DNA from: Candidatus Shapirobacteria bacterium
GTDB taxonomy: Bacteria > Patescibacteriota > Microgenomatia > UBA12405
Assembly: GCA_037142555.1 (NCBI GenBank)
Contig: JBAXAJ010000001.1
Location: 14,835-78,834 of the forward strand
Direction: 5' to 3'
DNA length: 64,000 nt
Shown: piece by piece, positions 50,068 through 59,917 of the stretch
Layout: each line of letters starts with the position of its first letter
Numbering within the stretch: the stretch's first letter is position 1
Position numbers and translations under genes: made by a program
The notes under the pieces: model-generated
Seen by the model: the letters and a program-made list of their open reading frames with translations, nothing else
Told to the model about the DNA's origin: nothing
Databases searched by the model: none

Positions 50068-50362
50068 TTTCATTAAAAAATATTATTGGCCAATCATTGC
50101 CTCAGTTTTCTGGCTTTTGTTGATAATTTTTATTAACACCATTTCCCCAACTCTAGAATTTTCCAAAATTGCTTTTTTCTTTATTCTTTTTTTTGCGATT
50201 CTTTCAACTCTCTATATCTTTTTCAAAAAAACCAAATTCAATCTCTTGGTGTCCTTCTATATTTTTGCTCTAATTTTGTTGGCTTTTTTCCATTTCTTCA
50301 ACATTCTAAACAGTTTCCTCGTCACCGCTCTCTTTGTTGCTCTATTCTATATTTTTAAATAA
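50060..50362 (+). CDS. Hypothetical small membrane protein
   Basis: 100 aa with 3-4 TM helices. It overlaps the rmuC stop by 8 nt. Confidence 0.3.
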   Translation: MFSFIKKYYWPIIASVFWLLLIIFINTISPTLEFSKIAFFFILFFAILSTLYIFFKKTKFNLLVSFYIFALILLAFFHFFNILNSFLVTALFVALFYIFK

Positions 50363-51947
50363 AAGTTCCATCAACACAACTTCGAAGACCATTTTTAGCC
50401 ACACATCGTCCACAAATTCCAACTCCACACATGGTCAAAAGTTCTTCTGAAGAATGAATGTTTGGCAAAGAAATTCGACTATGAACAATTTCTATTCTCA
50501 GAACTGCTTCAAGCATTCCTTTTGGACCACAATTCATGACAGTGTCTATTTTGTTTTCTCTAATAATTTGTTTTAAATCATTAGTAAAAAAGCCTTGTTT
50601 ACCTAAACTTCCATCTTCAGTATAAATAATTATATTTTTAGTGTTCCAATCACTCATGTCTGGGATATGTGCACTATCTTTAGCGCCAATTAAAACTGTT
50701 GAATCTGGATTTTCTTTTGCAAAAAGTTTTAAAGCTGCTATTCCAGTTCCACCTCCAACTAATAATAATTTTCCTTCAACTTTTGGTGAATTTCCATATG
50801 GGCCTCGAACATACAACTCATTCCCAGGTTCTAAATTTGATAAATATTCTGTAAAACAACCTCTTGTTTGGAACAAAATTTCAAAAGGTTCATTATTGTA
50901 AACTGAAAATGGTTTTTCTCCTTCTCTTGGTGACCACAACATCACAAATTGGCCAGCTTTAGCTTCAAATGGTTCTTTAAATTTTAAAGAGAATAAATCA
51001 TCCGCTATTTGTTTTATTTCCTTAACTTTAATTTTTTCATATTCAGTATTTAATTCTGTTTTTATCAGAGCCTCTGCAAAATTTGTTCCATTTTCTACAT
51101 CTTTATTTAAAACTTTGAAATAAGTTCTAATTTCCTCAGTATTCATCCCTGGCAGGGCAGCTGATCCGACTCCAAAATAGTCAGCCCCAGCATCTCTATA
51201 ACGATAAACATCTTGAGCAGTAGAAATTCCACCAGAACCAATTATTGGCAAAGATGTTCTTTTTCTAATTTCTCTGACTGCTTCAATTCCTTTTTCTAAA
51301 ATTTGTTTTCCAGATAATCCTCCACCTATTGGACTTGTTAAAACTCGATGACCATCAACTTCAAAATGTTCTGGGCCCCAAGTGTTAATTGCCGCAATTC
51401 CATCAGCTCCACCTTTCAAAACTGCATTAATGCTTTCTTCATCATAAAACTTTGGAGAAAGTTTGCCGACAACTGGTTTCCCAAATCTTTTAACTCCTTT
51501 AAAAATTTTAGTAACCAATTCACGGTCTTGAGCAATTGTTTGGCCTTTATTTACACCATGAGGGCAAGAAATATTTATTTCAAGGCCATCTACATGTGGA
51601 GCTATAATTTCAGCAACTTTACAAAATTTTTCTTCATCTTTACCAACAATTGAAGCTAATACAAATCTATTTTCAGGTTTATTGAGTTTTGAAAGTCCTT
51701 CAGCAAATTTTTCAGCTCCAGGACTGGGCAATTTAACCGCATTAATCCAGTTCCCTGGACTCATATTGGCCAAAATTGGTTCCCTATTTCCTGCTGCATA
51801 ATCTAAACTAATACTTTTTGTCGTTAAAATTCCAATTTCAGGGATGTCATAAGCCATTCTTTCTAAAACAGGTAGTTGTGTCATCACAATCCCAGATGGG
51901 ATTGTATATATACCGCTTATTTTTTTACTAAAAATCTCATTTCTCAT
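50355..51947 (-). CDS. pyrD: Fused dihydroorotate dehydrogenase: class 1B catalytic domain (PyrD) plus C-terminal electron-transfer domain (PyrK-like FAD/NAD-binding and 2Fe-2S)
   Basis: The N-terminal ~300 aa is a TIM-barrel DHODH. From IKVKEIKQIADDLFSLKFK onward it is a ferredoxin-reductase-like domain ending in a Cys cluster CGVGICGRCV...C. Confidence 0.75.
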   Translation of the reverse strand: MRNEIFSKKISGIYTIPSGIVMTQLPVLERMAYDIPEIGILTTKSISLDYAAGNREPILANMSPGNWINAVKLPSPGAEKFAEGLSKLNKPENRFVLASIVGKDEEKFCKVAEIIAPHVDGLEINISCPHGVNKGQTIAQDRELVTKIFKGVKRFGKPVVGKLSPKFYDEESINAVLKGGADGIAAINTWGPEHFEVDGHRVLTSPIGGGLSGKQILEKGIEAVREIRKRTSLPIIGSGGISTAQDVYRYRDAGADYFGVGSAALPGMNTEEIRTYFKVLNKDVENGTNFAEALIKTELNTEYEKIKVKEIKQIADDLFSLKFKEPFEAKAGQFVMLWSPREGEKPFSVYNNEPFEILFQTRGCFTEYLSNLEPGNELYVRGPYGNSPKVEGKLLLVGGGTGIAALKLFAKENPDSTVLIGAKDSAHIPDMSDWNTKNIIIYTEDGSLGKQGFFTNDLKQIIRENKIDTVMNCGPKGMLEAVLRIEIVHSRISLPNIHSSEELLTMCGVGICGRCVAKNGLRSCVDGTFI

Positions 51948-52975
51948 AAATTTTTATTATTATAAATTATTTCCCCATTTTTTGTTGTTCTAACTATAAT
52001 GTCTTGCATTTTCATTCCTTCAAATGGAGTCCATTTACATTTAGTCTCCAAATTCTTACCTCTAAGTATCATTGAAGAACTTTGGTCTATCTCTACAAAA
52101 GAATTTTCTTCTTCTTTAATTCCAAAGATTTTTATAGGGTTAGAATGGGTTAATTCAATTATTTTTTTACGACGAATCATTTTATATCTTTCAGCTTTCA
52201 GCAATAATTGTAAGGTTGTTTCTAGTCCAGGAACTCCAAATGGGGGATTTGCTGAAGTCTTTTCTTCTATAGTATGAGGTGCATGATCAGAGCCAATAGT
52301 GTCGATTGTTCCATCATTTATAGCTATCCAAAGTGCCCTTTGATTATATTCATCTACTAGAGGGGGTTTCATTTGTTTAAAAGGATTCCCACTTTGGCTA
52401 GAATCTAAAAATAAATGGTGAGGGGTAACTTCAGCAAAAACTTTTCCTGGTCTTTTATCTTTAGCATTTTTGATTAAATCAATTTCACTTTTCAAACTGA
52501 CATGGCAAACATACAAAATTCGATCATATTTTTCTGCCAGTTCTATGGCTGTTTTTAAAGTATTGTCTTCAGAATGAACCAAAATTGGTTTTTCACAATC
52601 CCAACTTTTGAAAATGTGATCTAATTTGTCTTTGTCAGTGACAGTAAAACCTCCAGTTGTTTCGCTCATATAAACTTTAAGACCTAAAACTTCATCGTAA
52701 CATTCTTTAAAATTTTGCTTTTCATCTCCCAGAGTTCCTAAATAAAAGCCAAAATCAACTTTCAATCCTTCAACTTTTTCTTTCTTTATTAAAATTTTCT
52801 CTTTACTATCAGTCAGTTCACTATTATTTGGCATGTCCCCAACAAAACAAACTCCACCAGCTGCAGCTGCATCAGCTGCTGTTTTCAAAGTTTCCTTATG
52901 ACTTTGTCCAAAATCTCGACAATGTGCATGAAGATCAACTCCATATGGAATTTCTAAAATTTCTTTCATTGCCAA
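51944..52975 (-). CDS. pyrC: Dihydroorotase (amidohydrolase family)
   Basis: DLHAHCRD (HxH). 343 aa. Overlaps pyrD by 4 nt. Confidence 0.8.
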   Translation of the reverse strand: MAMKEILEIPYGVDLHAHCRDFGQSHKETLKTAADAAAAGGVCFVGDMPNNSELTDSKEKILIKKEKVEGLKVDFGFYLGTLGDEKQNFKECYDEVLGLKVYMSETTGGFTVTDKDKLDHIFKSWDCEKPILVHSEDNTLKTAIELAEKYDRILYVCHVSLKSEIDLIKNAKDKRPGKVFAEVTPHHLFLDSSQSGNPFKQMKPPLVDEYNQRALWIAINDGTIDTIGSDHAPHTIEEKTSANPPFGVPGLETTLQLLLKAERYKMIRRKKIIELTHSNPIKIFGIKEEENSFVEIDQSSSMILRGKNLETKCKWTPFEGMKMQDIIVRTTKNGEIIYNNKNL

Positions 52976-53134
52976 AGATTATAACTCATAATTATTTTTT
53001 TATGTCTTGGAAATTTGCCCTATATTGTATTACAATAGCGCACAACTAGATTTTTAACAAAAGCGTTAAAAAATTAGAGTGTGTTTTTTTAAGCACCTTT
53101 ACATATATATGAATTTAAATTGAAAGCGGAGTAA

Positions 53135-54037
53135 ATGGAACAGACAGTAATGAGAGAAAATAAATTAAGGGAAGAGAAAGGATGGTTGATCAGAATGGAA
53201 AGAAATTTTATCGAAATGTTAACAAAAAAATGGAGGGAGGACAAAGGGAAATTTGTGTGCGTTGGTTTAGACAGTGATTATGAAAAATTGCCAAAATGCA
53301 TGAAAACAAAAAGTGCAGGGAATTCAATTCTTGCTTTTAATAAAGTGATTATTGATCAGACGAAGGATTTGGTTTGTGCTTACAAACCTAATCGTTCTTT
53401 TTATGCTGCTCATGGACACCTTGGTATTAAAGCATTAAGAGACACTATTTCTTATATTAAAAAAGTTGCACCGGATGTCCCTGTTATTGTGGATTGTAAA
53501 GAAGGAGACATCGGTAACACCAATGATGGTTATGTTGGTGAAAACTTTGATTACTTCGGCGCTGATGCTGTCACACTCCATAATTATCTCGGGAAAGAAT
53601 CTTTGAGTCCATTTTTAAAAAAGGCGAACAAAGGGTGTATCGTTCTTTGTCGCACGTCAAACCCTGGCGCTGGCGAATTTCAAGATTTGATTGTCGGTGG
53701 AATGCCACTATATCAATATGTTGCTCAAAGAGTTAGCCGCGAATGGAACGAAAATGGCAACTGTTTACTTGTTGTTGGGGCTACTTATCCTGAAGAACTT
53801 GGTGAAGTCAGGAAGATAGTTGGTAATATGCCAATTCTTATTCCAGGAATAGGTGCTCAGGGTGGAGACATTGAAAAAGCGGTTTTAAATGGGCAAGACA
53901 GTAATGGGGAAGGGATGATTATCAATTCTTCTCGCGGCATAATTTTTGCTTCAAAAGATCGAAACTTTGGTGAAGTGGCTCGTCTCGAAACCAAAATCCT
54001 CAGTAATGAAATAAATAAGTATCGAATCCGTAGTTAA
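53135..54037 (+). CDS. pyrF: Orotidine-5'-phosphate decarboxylase, type 2 (long form)
   Basis: CVGLDSDYEKLP. 300 aa. Its codon style (ttg/ccg/gcg/cgc/agg rich) is distinct from surrounding genes. Confidence 0.8.
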   Translation: MEQTVMRENKLREEKGWLIRMERNFIEMLTKKWREDKGKFVCVGLDSDYEKLPKCMKTKSAGNSILAFNKVIIDQTKDLVCAYKPNRSFYAAHGHLGIKALRDTISYIKKVAPDVPVIVDCKEGDIGNTNDGYVGENFDYFGADAVTLHNYLGKESLSPFLKKANKGCIVLCRTSNPGAGEFQDLIVGGMPLYQYVAQRVSREWNENGNCLLVVGATYPEELGEVRKIVGNMPILIPGIGAQGGDIEKAVLNGQDSNGEGMIINSSRGIIFASKDRNFGEVARLETKILSNEINKYRIRS

Positions 54038-54050
54038 TGAAAAGGAGGAA

Positions 54051-54710
54051 ATGAAAATGAGTATGAATAAATTAAGTATTAAACAAATGACTTTATGTGA
54101 GCAATTGTTTGAAATTGGAGCCATCAAATTTGGTAACTACAGGTTGAAATTACATGATGATTATCCAGATGCCCCACTCTCACCAATATACTGCGATTTA
54201 CGGGCAGTACAGCATGAGCCACATACAGACAAGCTTGCAGTCGAAATCTATTATGATATGTTAAAAGATCTAGATTTTGATTTATTAGCTGGTATTCCTT
54301 TGGCTGCTGTCTCATTCACATCTTCACTCAAGAACAAGTTTTACAAAGGGATGATTACTCCAAGGACGGATAACAAAACTCATGGCAGCGGCGCGAAAAT
54401 TGACGGATTTTTCGAATCTGATGTAGGCAAAAAAGTCGTTTTAATTGACGATTTAATCACTAAAGCTAATTCAAAAATTGAAGCCGCGACCATTCTCAGG
54501 GATTCTGGAATTATTGTCACAGACGTTGTTGTCTTAATCGACAGAAACCAAGGAGGTCGTGAACAATTGGCCGAAATTGGTTTAGAATTGCATTCTGCTA
54601 TATTGTTAGATGATATGTTAGATTATTATCTAGAAACAGGAACAATCTCCAAAGAAACTTACGATGATACAGTCAAAAGACTGGAGGAATTGACTAAGTA
54701 TAGTAAGTAA
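54051..54710 (+). CDS. pyrE: Orotate phosphoribosyltransferase
   Basis: PRPP-binding motif VLIDDLITKANS. Preceded by AAGGAGG. Same atypical codon style as pyrF. Confidence 0.8.
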   Translation: MKMSMNKLSIKQMTLCEQLFEIGAIKFGNYRLKLHDDYPDAPLSPIYCDLRAVQHEPHTDKLAVEIYYDMLKDLDFDLLAGIPLAAVSFTSSLKNKFYKGMITPRTDNKTHGSGAKIDGFFESDVGKKVVLIDDLITKANSKIEAATILRDSGIIVTDVVVLIDRNQGGREQLAEIGLELHSAILLDDMLDYYLETGTISKETYDDTVKRLEELTKYSK

Positions 54711-54741
54711 TTTAAATTCAATATTATTGTGTAGAGGAAGA

Positions 54742-54787
54742 GCCGGCAGGTATTTGTGTTTATTCACAATTTATCAGCCGGTTTTTT
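54742..54787 (+). terminator. Putative intrinsic terminator after pyrE
   Basis: Two-tier hairpin: outer stem CCGGC/GCCGG plus inner stem TTGTG/CACAA, followed by a T6 run. Confidence 0.45.
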
Positions 54788-54806
54788 CTTGTCAAAAATT
54801 TGCCTC

Positions 54807-54835
54807 TTGACACTATTTAGCAGTCGGTCTATTAT
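54807..54835 (+). promoter_or_regulatory. Consensus sigma70 promoter of the hrcA-grpE-dnaK-dnaJ operon
   Basis: TTGACA (54807-54812), exact 17-nt spacer, TATTAT (54830-54835). Only ~9 nt lie between the -10 and the hrcA ATG, implying a leaderless or near-leaderless transcript. Confidence 0.6.
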
Positions 54836-54843
54836 ATTGCTAA
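54817..54843 (+). promoter_or_regulatory. CIRCE-like HrcA operator (degenerate)
   Basis: TTAGCAGTC-N9-TATTGCTAA, compared with the CIRCE consensus TTAGCACTC-N9-GAGTGCTAA. The left arm matches 8/9 and the right arm conserves TGCTAA. It overlaps the -10 and ends 1 nt before the hrcA ATG. Confidence 0.55.
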
Positions 54844-54844
54844 T

Positions 54845-55579
54845 ATGGCAGATTTAACTCAACGACAAATAAAAATACTTAAATGTATCGCAGAAGAGTT
54901 TATTGAAACAGCTTCTCCGGTAGGTTCCGAAACTTTAGAAAAAAAACATAATCTTGGCATTTCTTCGGCCACCATCCGAAACGAGATGTCAGCTCTGACT
55001 CAACTTGGTTTCCTTAAAAAAGGCCATTTATCAGCTGGTCGAGCCCCAACTTCTATGGGTTTGAAATATTATGTTCGCAATTTGATGGTTTCCAAAAACA
55101 TGTCAATTAGTGACGAAATCAGTGCTAAAGAAAACATTTGGGATTATCGAAATGAATTTGAAAAATTGATTAAAGAAACAACCAAAGCTCTAGCCATCAA
55201 AACTCGTTCTATGGCCATTGCCACTACCGACCAAGGTTCTATCTATTGCTATGGAGCTTCACATTTATTAGAAGAACCAGAATTCTATAACATCGATGTC
55301 ACCAAAACAGTTTTATCTTTAATCGATAACACCACTTTTTGGTTTGAAATCGTTAACAAAGCCGGCATAAGTTATGATTCTGAAGAAGTCATTCATCTTT
55401 TAATTGGTGAAGATTTAGGGATGGAACATCTAGAGCCATGTGCTTTTGTTTTCCAAACCTATGAATCTGGTCCTCACCGCGGAATTCTAGGAATAGTTGG
55501 CCCAGCTAGGTTTAAATATCAAACCGTCGTGCCAGTGGTCGATTATTTCGCTCAATTACTTTCAACAATTAGTCGTTAA
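54845..55579 (+). CDS. hrcA: Heat-inducible transcription repressor HrcA, short form
   Basis: N-terminal winged-helix domain QRQIKILKCIAEEFIETASPVGSETL. 244 aa. Confidence 0.8.
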   Translation: MADLTQRQIKILKCIAEEFIETASPVGSETLEKKHNLGISSATIRNEMSALTQLGFLKKGHLSAGRAPTSMGLKYYVRNLMVSKNMSISDEISAKENIWDYRNEFEKLIKETTKALAIKTRSMAIATTDQGSIYCYGASHLLEEPEFYNIDVTKTVLSLIDNTTFWFEIVNKAGISYDSEEVIHLLIGEDLGMEHLEPCAFVFQTYESGPHRGILGIVGPARFKYQTVVPVVDYFAQLLSTISR

Positions 55580-55586
55580 TATTTCT

Positions 55587-56048
55587 ATGCCAAAAGATCT
55601 AAAAGTCAAAAAAACAATTTCTGAGCTGGAAGAACAATTAGCTTTATCAACTGATAAACTAGCTCGTTCTTTGGCCGATTATTCAAATCTAGAGAGAAGA
55701 ATTGAATCACAAAGACAACTTTTTGTGACTCTCGCCACTACTTCAATTTTAAGTAAAATGGTTGAAGTTTTAGACGATTTTTATCTAGCCCAAAATCATT
55801 TAAACGATCCTGGTTTAAAGATGGCTATTGATAAATTTAATTCAGTTCTTAAAATAGAAGGATTGGAGGAGATTAATCCAAAAGATACTGAATTTGATCC
55901 GCAATTTATGGAATGTATCGAAGTTGTCGAAGGTAAGGAAAACTTTGTTATTGAAGTTAAAAAACTAGGTTATAAATTAAACGGTCATGTAATTCGACCG
56001 GCTCAAGTGTCAGTAGGCAAAACTTCTGACCAAACTATTATTAATTAA
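55587..56048 (+). CDS. grpE: Nucleotide exchange factor GrpE (short)
   Basis: The ATG at 55587 (MPKDLKVKK) lies 8 nt after the hrcA stop. Coiled-coil and a GrpE C-terminal beta domain. The track ORF from 55497 overlaps hrcA and is an extension. Confidence 0.8.
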   Translation: MPKDLKVKKTISELEEQLALSTDKLARSLADYSNLERRIESQRQLFVTLATTSILSKMVEVLDDFYLAQNHLNDPGLKMAIDKFNSVLKIEGLEEINPKDTEFDPQFMECIEVVEGKENFVIEVKKLGYKLNGHVIRPAQVSVGKTSDQTIIN

Positions 56049-56077
56049 TTAAAAGTTAATTTAAAGGAGACAAACAT

Positions 56078-57994
56078 ATGTCAAACAAAATAATCGGAAT
56101 CGATCTAGGTACTACCAACTCCTGCGTCGCTGTCATGGAAGGTGGTATCCCAAAAGTTATTATTACTGCAGAAGGTCGCAACACTATCCCTTCAGTAGTT
56201 GAACCAGTCAAGAAATTGGTTGGCGATTTAGCTAAACGTCAAATGGTTCTTAATTCCCAAAACACTATCTACAGTGTTAAGCGTCTAATGGGACGCCGAA
56301 TGGATGATCCAGAAGTCAAAAAAACTCAAGCTATTGCACCATACAAAATTGTCGCTGGTAAAGACAACATGGCTGCTGTTGAAGTTGGTGGAAAAGTTTA
56401 TACTCCACAAGAAATTTCAGCCATGATTTTACAAAAAGCCAAAGCTGATGCTGAAAAATATTTAGGTGAAAAAGTCACTGATGCTGTCATCACAGTTCCA
56501 GCTTATTTCGATGATTCTCAACGCCAAGCTACTAAACAAGCTGGAGAAATCGCTGGTCTTAATGTTCAAAGAATTGTTAATGAACCAACCGCTGCCGCTC
56601 TTGCCTATGGTCTAGACAAAAAAGGTAACGAATTAGTTGCTGTTTACGATTTAGGAGGTGGAACTTTTGATATTTCCATTCTCGAAATTGGTGGTGGAAT
56701 CTTTGAAGTTAAAGCTACAAATGGTGACACTTTCCTTGGTGGGGATGATTTTGATCAAAAAATCATTACTTGGATCATTGATGACTTCCAAAAACAAAAT
56801 GGAGTTGATTTAACCAAAGATCCTCAAGCTCTTCAAAGAGTCAGAGAAGCTGCTGAAAAAGCTAAGATTGAACTTAGTAGTGCTGCTGAAACTGAAATTA
56901 ACTTGCCATTCATCACTCAAAAAGACGGCAATCCTCTTCATTTAACTAAAAAACTAACTCGATCTGAACTAGAAAAATTAGTTGATGAATTAATTCAAAG
57001 AACCATTACTCCAGTTGAAAAAGCTCTTAAAGACGCTGGTGTCTCAAAAGCTGATATTAAAGAAATCATCATGGTAGGAGGAATGACTCGAATGCCAAAA
57101 GTCCAAGAAGTTGTCAAAAACTTCTTCGGTAAAGATTTAAACAACACCGTCAATCCTGACGAAGTTGTGGCAATCGGTGCTGCTGTTCAAGGAGCCGTTT
57201 TAACTGGTGAAGTTAAGGATGTGGTTCTTCTAGATGTCACTCCTTTAACTTTCGGAATTGAAACTGCTGGTGGTGTTCGCACTCCATTAATTGAAAGAAA
57301 CACCACAGTTCCAACCAAGAAATCTCAAATTTTCACTACTTATGCTGACAATCAACCTCAAGTGGAAATCAATGTTTTACAAGGTGAACGTCCAATGGCT
57401 ATTGATAACAAAACCCTTGGTCGCTTTGTCTTAGACGGCATCCCTCCAGCACCTCGAGGAACTCCTCAAATCGAAGTCACTTTTGACATCGATAGTAACG
57501 GGATTCTTTCTGTTTCTGCAAAAGATAAAGGCACTAACAAAGAACAAAGCATTACTATTCAAAACGCTACCAATTTGAAAGAAGAAGAAATTGAGCAAAT
57601 GAAGAAAGATGCTGAGGCTCATGCTAGGGAAGATGAAGAAAAGAAAGGTCTAGCTGAAGCTAAAAACAAGCTTGATGCCACCATTTTCTCCGGTGAAAAA
57701 ACCTTAAAAGATTTTGCTGATAAGGTCAAAGCCGAAGATAAAGAAAAAATTGAAGAAAAACTTAAAGAAGCTAGAGAAATCTTAGCTAAAACTGAAGCTA
57801 ATAAAGATGAATTAGACAAAGTTTCAGAAGAGTTAAATCAAATTCTTCAAACTGTCGGTGCTGCTATTTATCAACAACAAGCTCCACCAACTGGTGCTCC
57901 AGGTGAAGAAGCTGCTCCAGAAGCAGAAGATGCAAAAGCTGCTGCTCCAACTGATGATAAAAAAGAAGCTGAAGAAGGGGAAATCGTAAAATAA
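56078..57994 (+). CDS. dnaK: Chaperone DnaK (Hsp70)
   Basis: [18 protein letters not shown]. Full NBD plus SBD. GGAG RBS. Confidence 0.95.
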   Translation: MSNKIIGIDLGTTNSCVAVMEGGIPKVIITAEGRNTIPSVVEPVKKLVGDLAKRQMVLNSQNTIYSVKRLMGRRMDDPEVKKTQAIAPYKIVAGKDNMAAVEVGGKVYTPQEISAMILQKAKADAEKYLGEKVTDAVITVPAYFDDSQRQATKQAGEIAGLNVQRIVNEPTAAALAYGLDKKGNELVAVYDLGGGTFDISILEIGGGIFEVKATNGDTFLGGDDFDQKIITWIIDDFQKQNGVDLTKDPQALQRVREAAEKAKIELSSAAETEINLPFITQKDGNPLHLTKKLTRSELEKLVDELIQRTITPVEKALKDAGVSKADIKEIIMVGGMTRMPKVQEVVKNFFGKDLNNTVNPDEVVAIGAAVQGAVLTGEVKDVVLLDVTPLTFGIETAGGVRTPLIERNTTVPTKKSQIFTTYADNQPQVEINVLQGERPMAIDNKTLGRFVLDGIPPAPRGTPQIEVTFDIDSNGILSVSAKDKGTNKEQSITIQNATNLKEEEIEQMKKDAEAHAREDEEKKGLAEAKNKLDATIFSGEKTLKDFADKVKAEDKEKIEEKLKEAREILAKTEANKDELDKVSEELNQILQTVGAAIYQQQAPPTGAPGEEAAPEAEDAKAAAPTDDKKEAEEGEIVK

Positions 57995-57995
57995 A

Positions 57996-58859
57996 ATGAA
58001 AAAAGATTTTTACGAAACTCTAGGTGTCACCAAAAGTGCCTCAAAAGATGAAATAAAAAGCGCCTATCGCAAGATGGCGCTTAAAAATCATCCTGATCGC
58101 AATAAATCTCCAGACGCTGAAGAAAAATTCAAAGAAATAAATGAGGCTTATGAAGTTCTAAGTAATGACCAAAAAAAGTCAGCTTATGATCAATATGGCC
58201 ATTCTGCTTTTGACCAATCTTCAGGCGGTTTTGGTGGTCACACCTACAGCCAACAAAATGGTCCATTCAGTTATACCTACACCAATTCTGCCAGCGGCAA
58301 TCCTTTTGGCAATTCTGGTTTTGATTTTGAAGGTTTCAATAATCCTTTTGATATTTTTGAACAATTCTTTGGTGGCAGTTTTGGTCAGCAACAACGAAAC
58401 ACCAAAAAACTTCATACTTATCGAGTCCAAATTTCCTTTTTAGAAGCTGCCAAAGGTGTCGAAAAAGAAGTTGAAATCGAGGGTAAAAGAAAGAAAATCA
58501 AAATTCCAGCTGGTGTTGATGATGGTCAAAGAATCCGTTTTAATGATTTCATTTTATACATCGATGTTAAGCCAGACAAAGTTTTTAAACGAGAAAATAA
58601 TGATGTTTTTGTCAACATAAACATCACTTTTGCTCAAGCTTCCATTGGTGATGACATTGAAGTCCCGACTCTCGATGGTTCTCTTAAAGTCAAAATTAAA
58701 GCGGGGACTCAACCAAACACTCTAATCCGTCTTCGTGATAAAGGTATTCAAGACGTCAACGGCTATGGTCGTGGTGATTTATATATCAGATTATTGGTCG
58801 TAGTTCCAAGTCACCTAAACTCCAGACAAAAACAACTATTAAAAGAATTAGGTCTATAA
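57996..58859 (+). CDS. dnaJ: DnaJ-family co-chaperone lacking the Cys-rich zinc-finger domain (type II / CbpA-like)
   Basis: J-domain with HPD (KNHPDRN). G/F-rich region. C-terminal CTD I/II. No CxxCxGxG repeats. Confidence 0.8.
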   Translation: MKKDFYETLGVTKSASKDEIKSAYRKMALKNHPDRNKSPDAEEKFKEINEAYEVLSNDQKKSAYDQYGHSAFDQSSGGFGGHTYSQQNGPFSYTYTNSASGNPFGNSGFDFEGFNNPFDIFEQFFGGSFGQQQRNTKKLHTYRVQISFLEAAKGVEKEVEIEGKRKKIKIPAGVDDGQRIRFNDFILYIDVKPDKVFKRENNDVFVNINITFAQASIGDDIEVPTLDGSLKVKIKAGTQPNTLIRLRDKGIQDVNGYGRGDLYIRLLVVVPSHLNSRQKQLLKELGL

Positions 58860-58909
58860 GTAAGCCTTTTTTCTGGTATAATATCCCTAGCTTATTTAGC
58901 TTTATTAAT

Positions 58910-59896
58910 ATGGACTTAAAAAAACTACCAAAAACAGAGTTTGCAGTCGCTGTAGCTCAAATTGCAGGAGAACGTAATATTGATGTTCAATCAATATTAG
59001 ATTCAATTGAATTTGGTCTAATTTCTGCCTACAAACGTGATCAAAAAGAACATGGTGTCATAATTTCTGAGACCGACGTTTTTGGTGTCGAACTTTCTCC
59101 AGAAAGTGGATCTTTCAAAGTCTATCTTATTGAAGATGATAAAAAAACTGATGTAACCCCTCCAGGTTTTGGTCGAATTGCCGCTCAAACAGCTAAACAA
59201 GTCATCGATCAAAAAATTCACGAAGCTGAAAAAGAATCAGTTGTTGTTGAATACGAAAAAAAACTTAACTCTCTAATCACTGGTATAGTCTTAAAAGTTG
59301 ATCCTTTTAAAGCTGTTATTGGCGTCGGCAAAACCGAAGCTATTTGTCCAAAAGATGAACAAATTCGTGGTGAAAACTTAATTTTAGGTTCAAAAAAAGT
59401 ATTTTTATTAAAAAACATCATCAGAAGTGAAGATGGTCGAAGCGAAATCATTCTTTCTAGAAGAGATCCTGAATTCGTTAAAGAAGTCTTCATCAGAGAA
59501 GTTCCAGAAGTTGGAAATGGCACTGTCAAAATTGAAAAAATTGCCAGAGCTGCTGGTGAAAGAACTAAAATTGCTGTTTCTTCAACTCAAGCTGGTGTTG
59601 ATCCAGTTGGATCTTGCATTGGTCAAAAAGGTTCTCGAATCCAATCAGTTTTAAGCGAACTACCAACTGAAGAAAAAGTTGATGTCGTTCTCTATTCAAA
59701 AAATCTTAATCAATTTATTATTCAATCTCTATCTCCAGCTCAAGACGTTAAGATTATCTCTGTTAATGAACAAGTTGCTGTTGTTTCTGTTCCTGAAAGC
59801 CAACTAGCCCTAGCTATTGGTGGCGGTGGTGAAAATGTCCGATTAGCTGGCCAATTGGTTGGTTTAGAGATCAAAATTACTCAAGAAACAGAATAA
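58910..59896 (+). CDS. nusA: Transcription termination/antitermination factor NusA (no C-terminal AR repeats)
   Basis: N-terminal domain, S1 and two KH domains (GxxG motifs). 328 aa. Confidence 0.85.
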   Translation: MDLKKLPKTEFAVAVAQIAGERNIDVQSILDSIEFGLISAYKRDQKEHGVIISETDVFGVELSPESGSFKVYLIEDDKKTDVTPPGFGRIAAQTAKQVIDQKIHEAEKESVVVEYEKKLNSLITGIVLKVDPFKAVIGVGKTEAICPKDEQIRGENLILGSKKVFLLKNIIRSEDGRSEIILSRRDPEFVKEVFIREVPEVGNGTVKIEKIARAAGERTKIAVSSTQAGVDPVGSCIGQKGSRIQSVLSELPTEEKVDVVLYSKNLNQFIIQSLSPAQDVKIISVNEQVAVVSVPESQLALAIGGGGENVRLAGQLVGLEIKITQETE

Positions 59897-59917
59897 TTTC
59901 TCTTTCTTAAAAAAACT

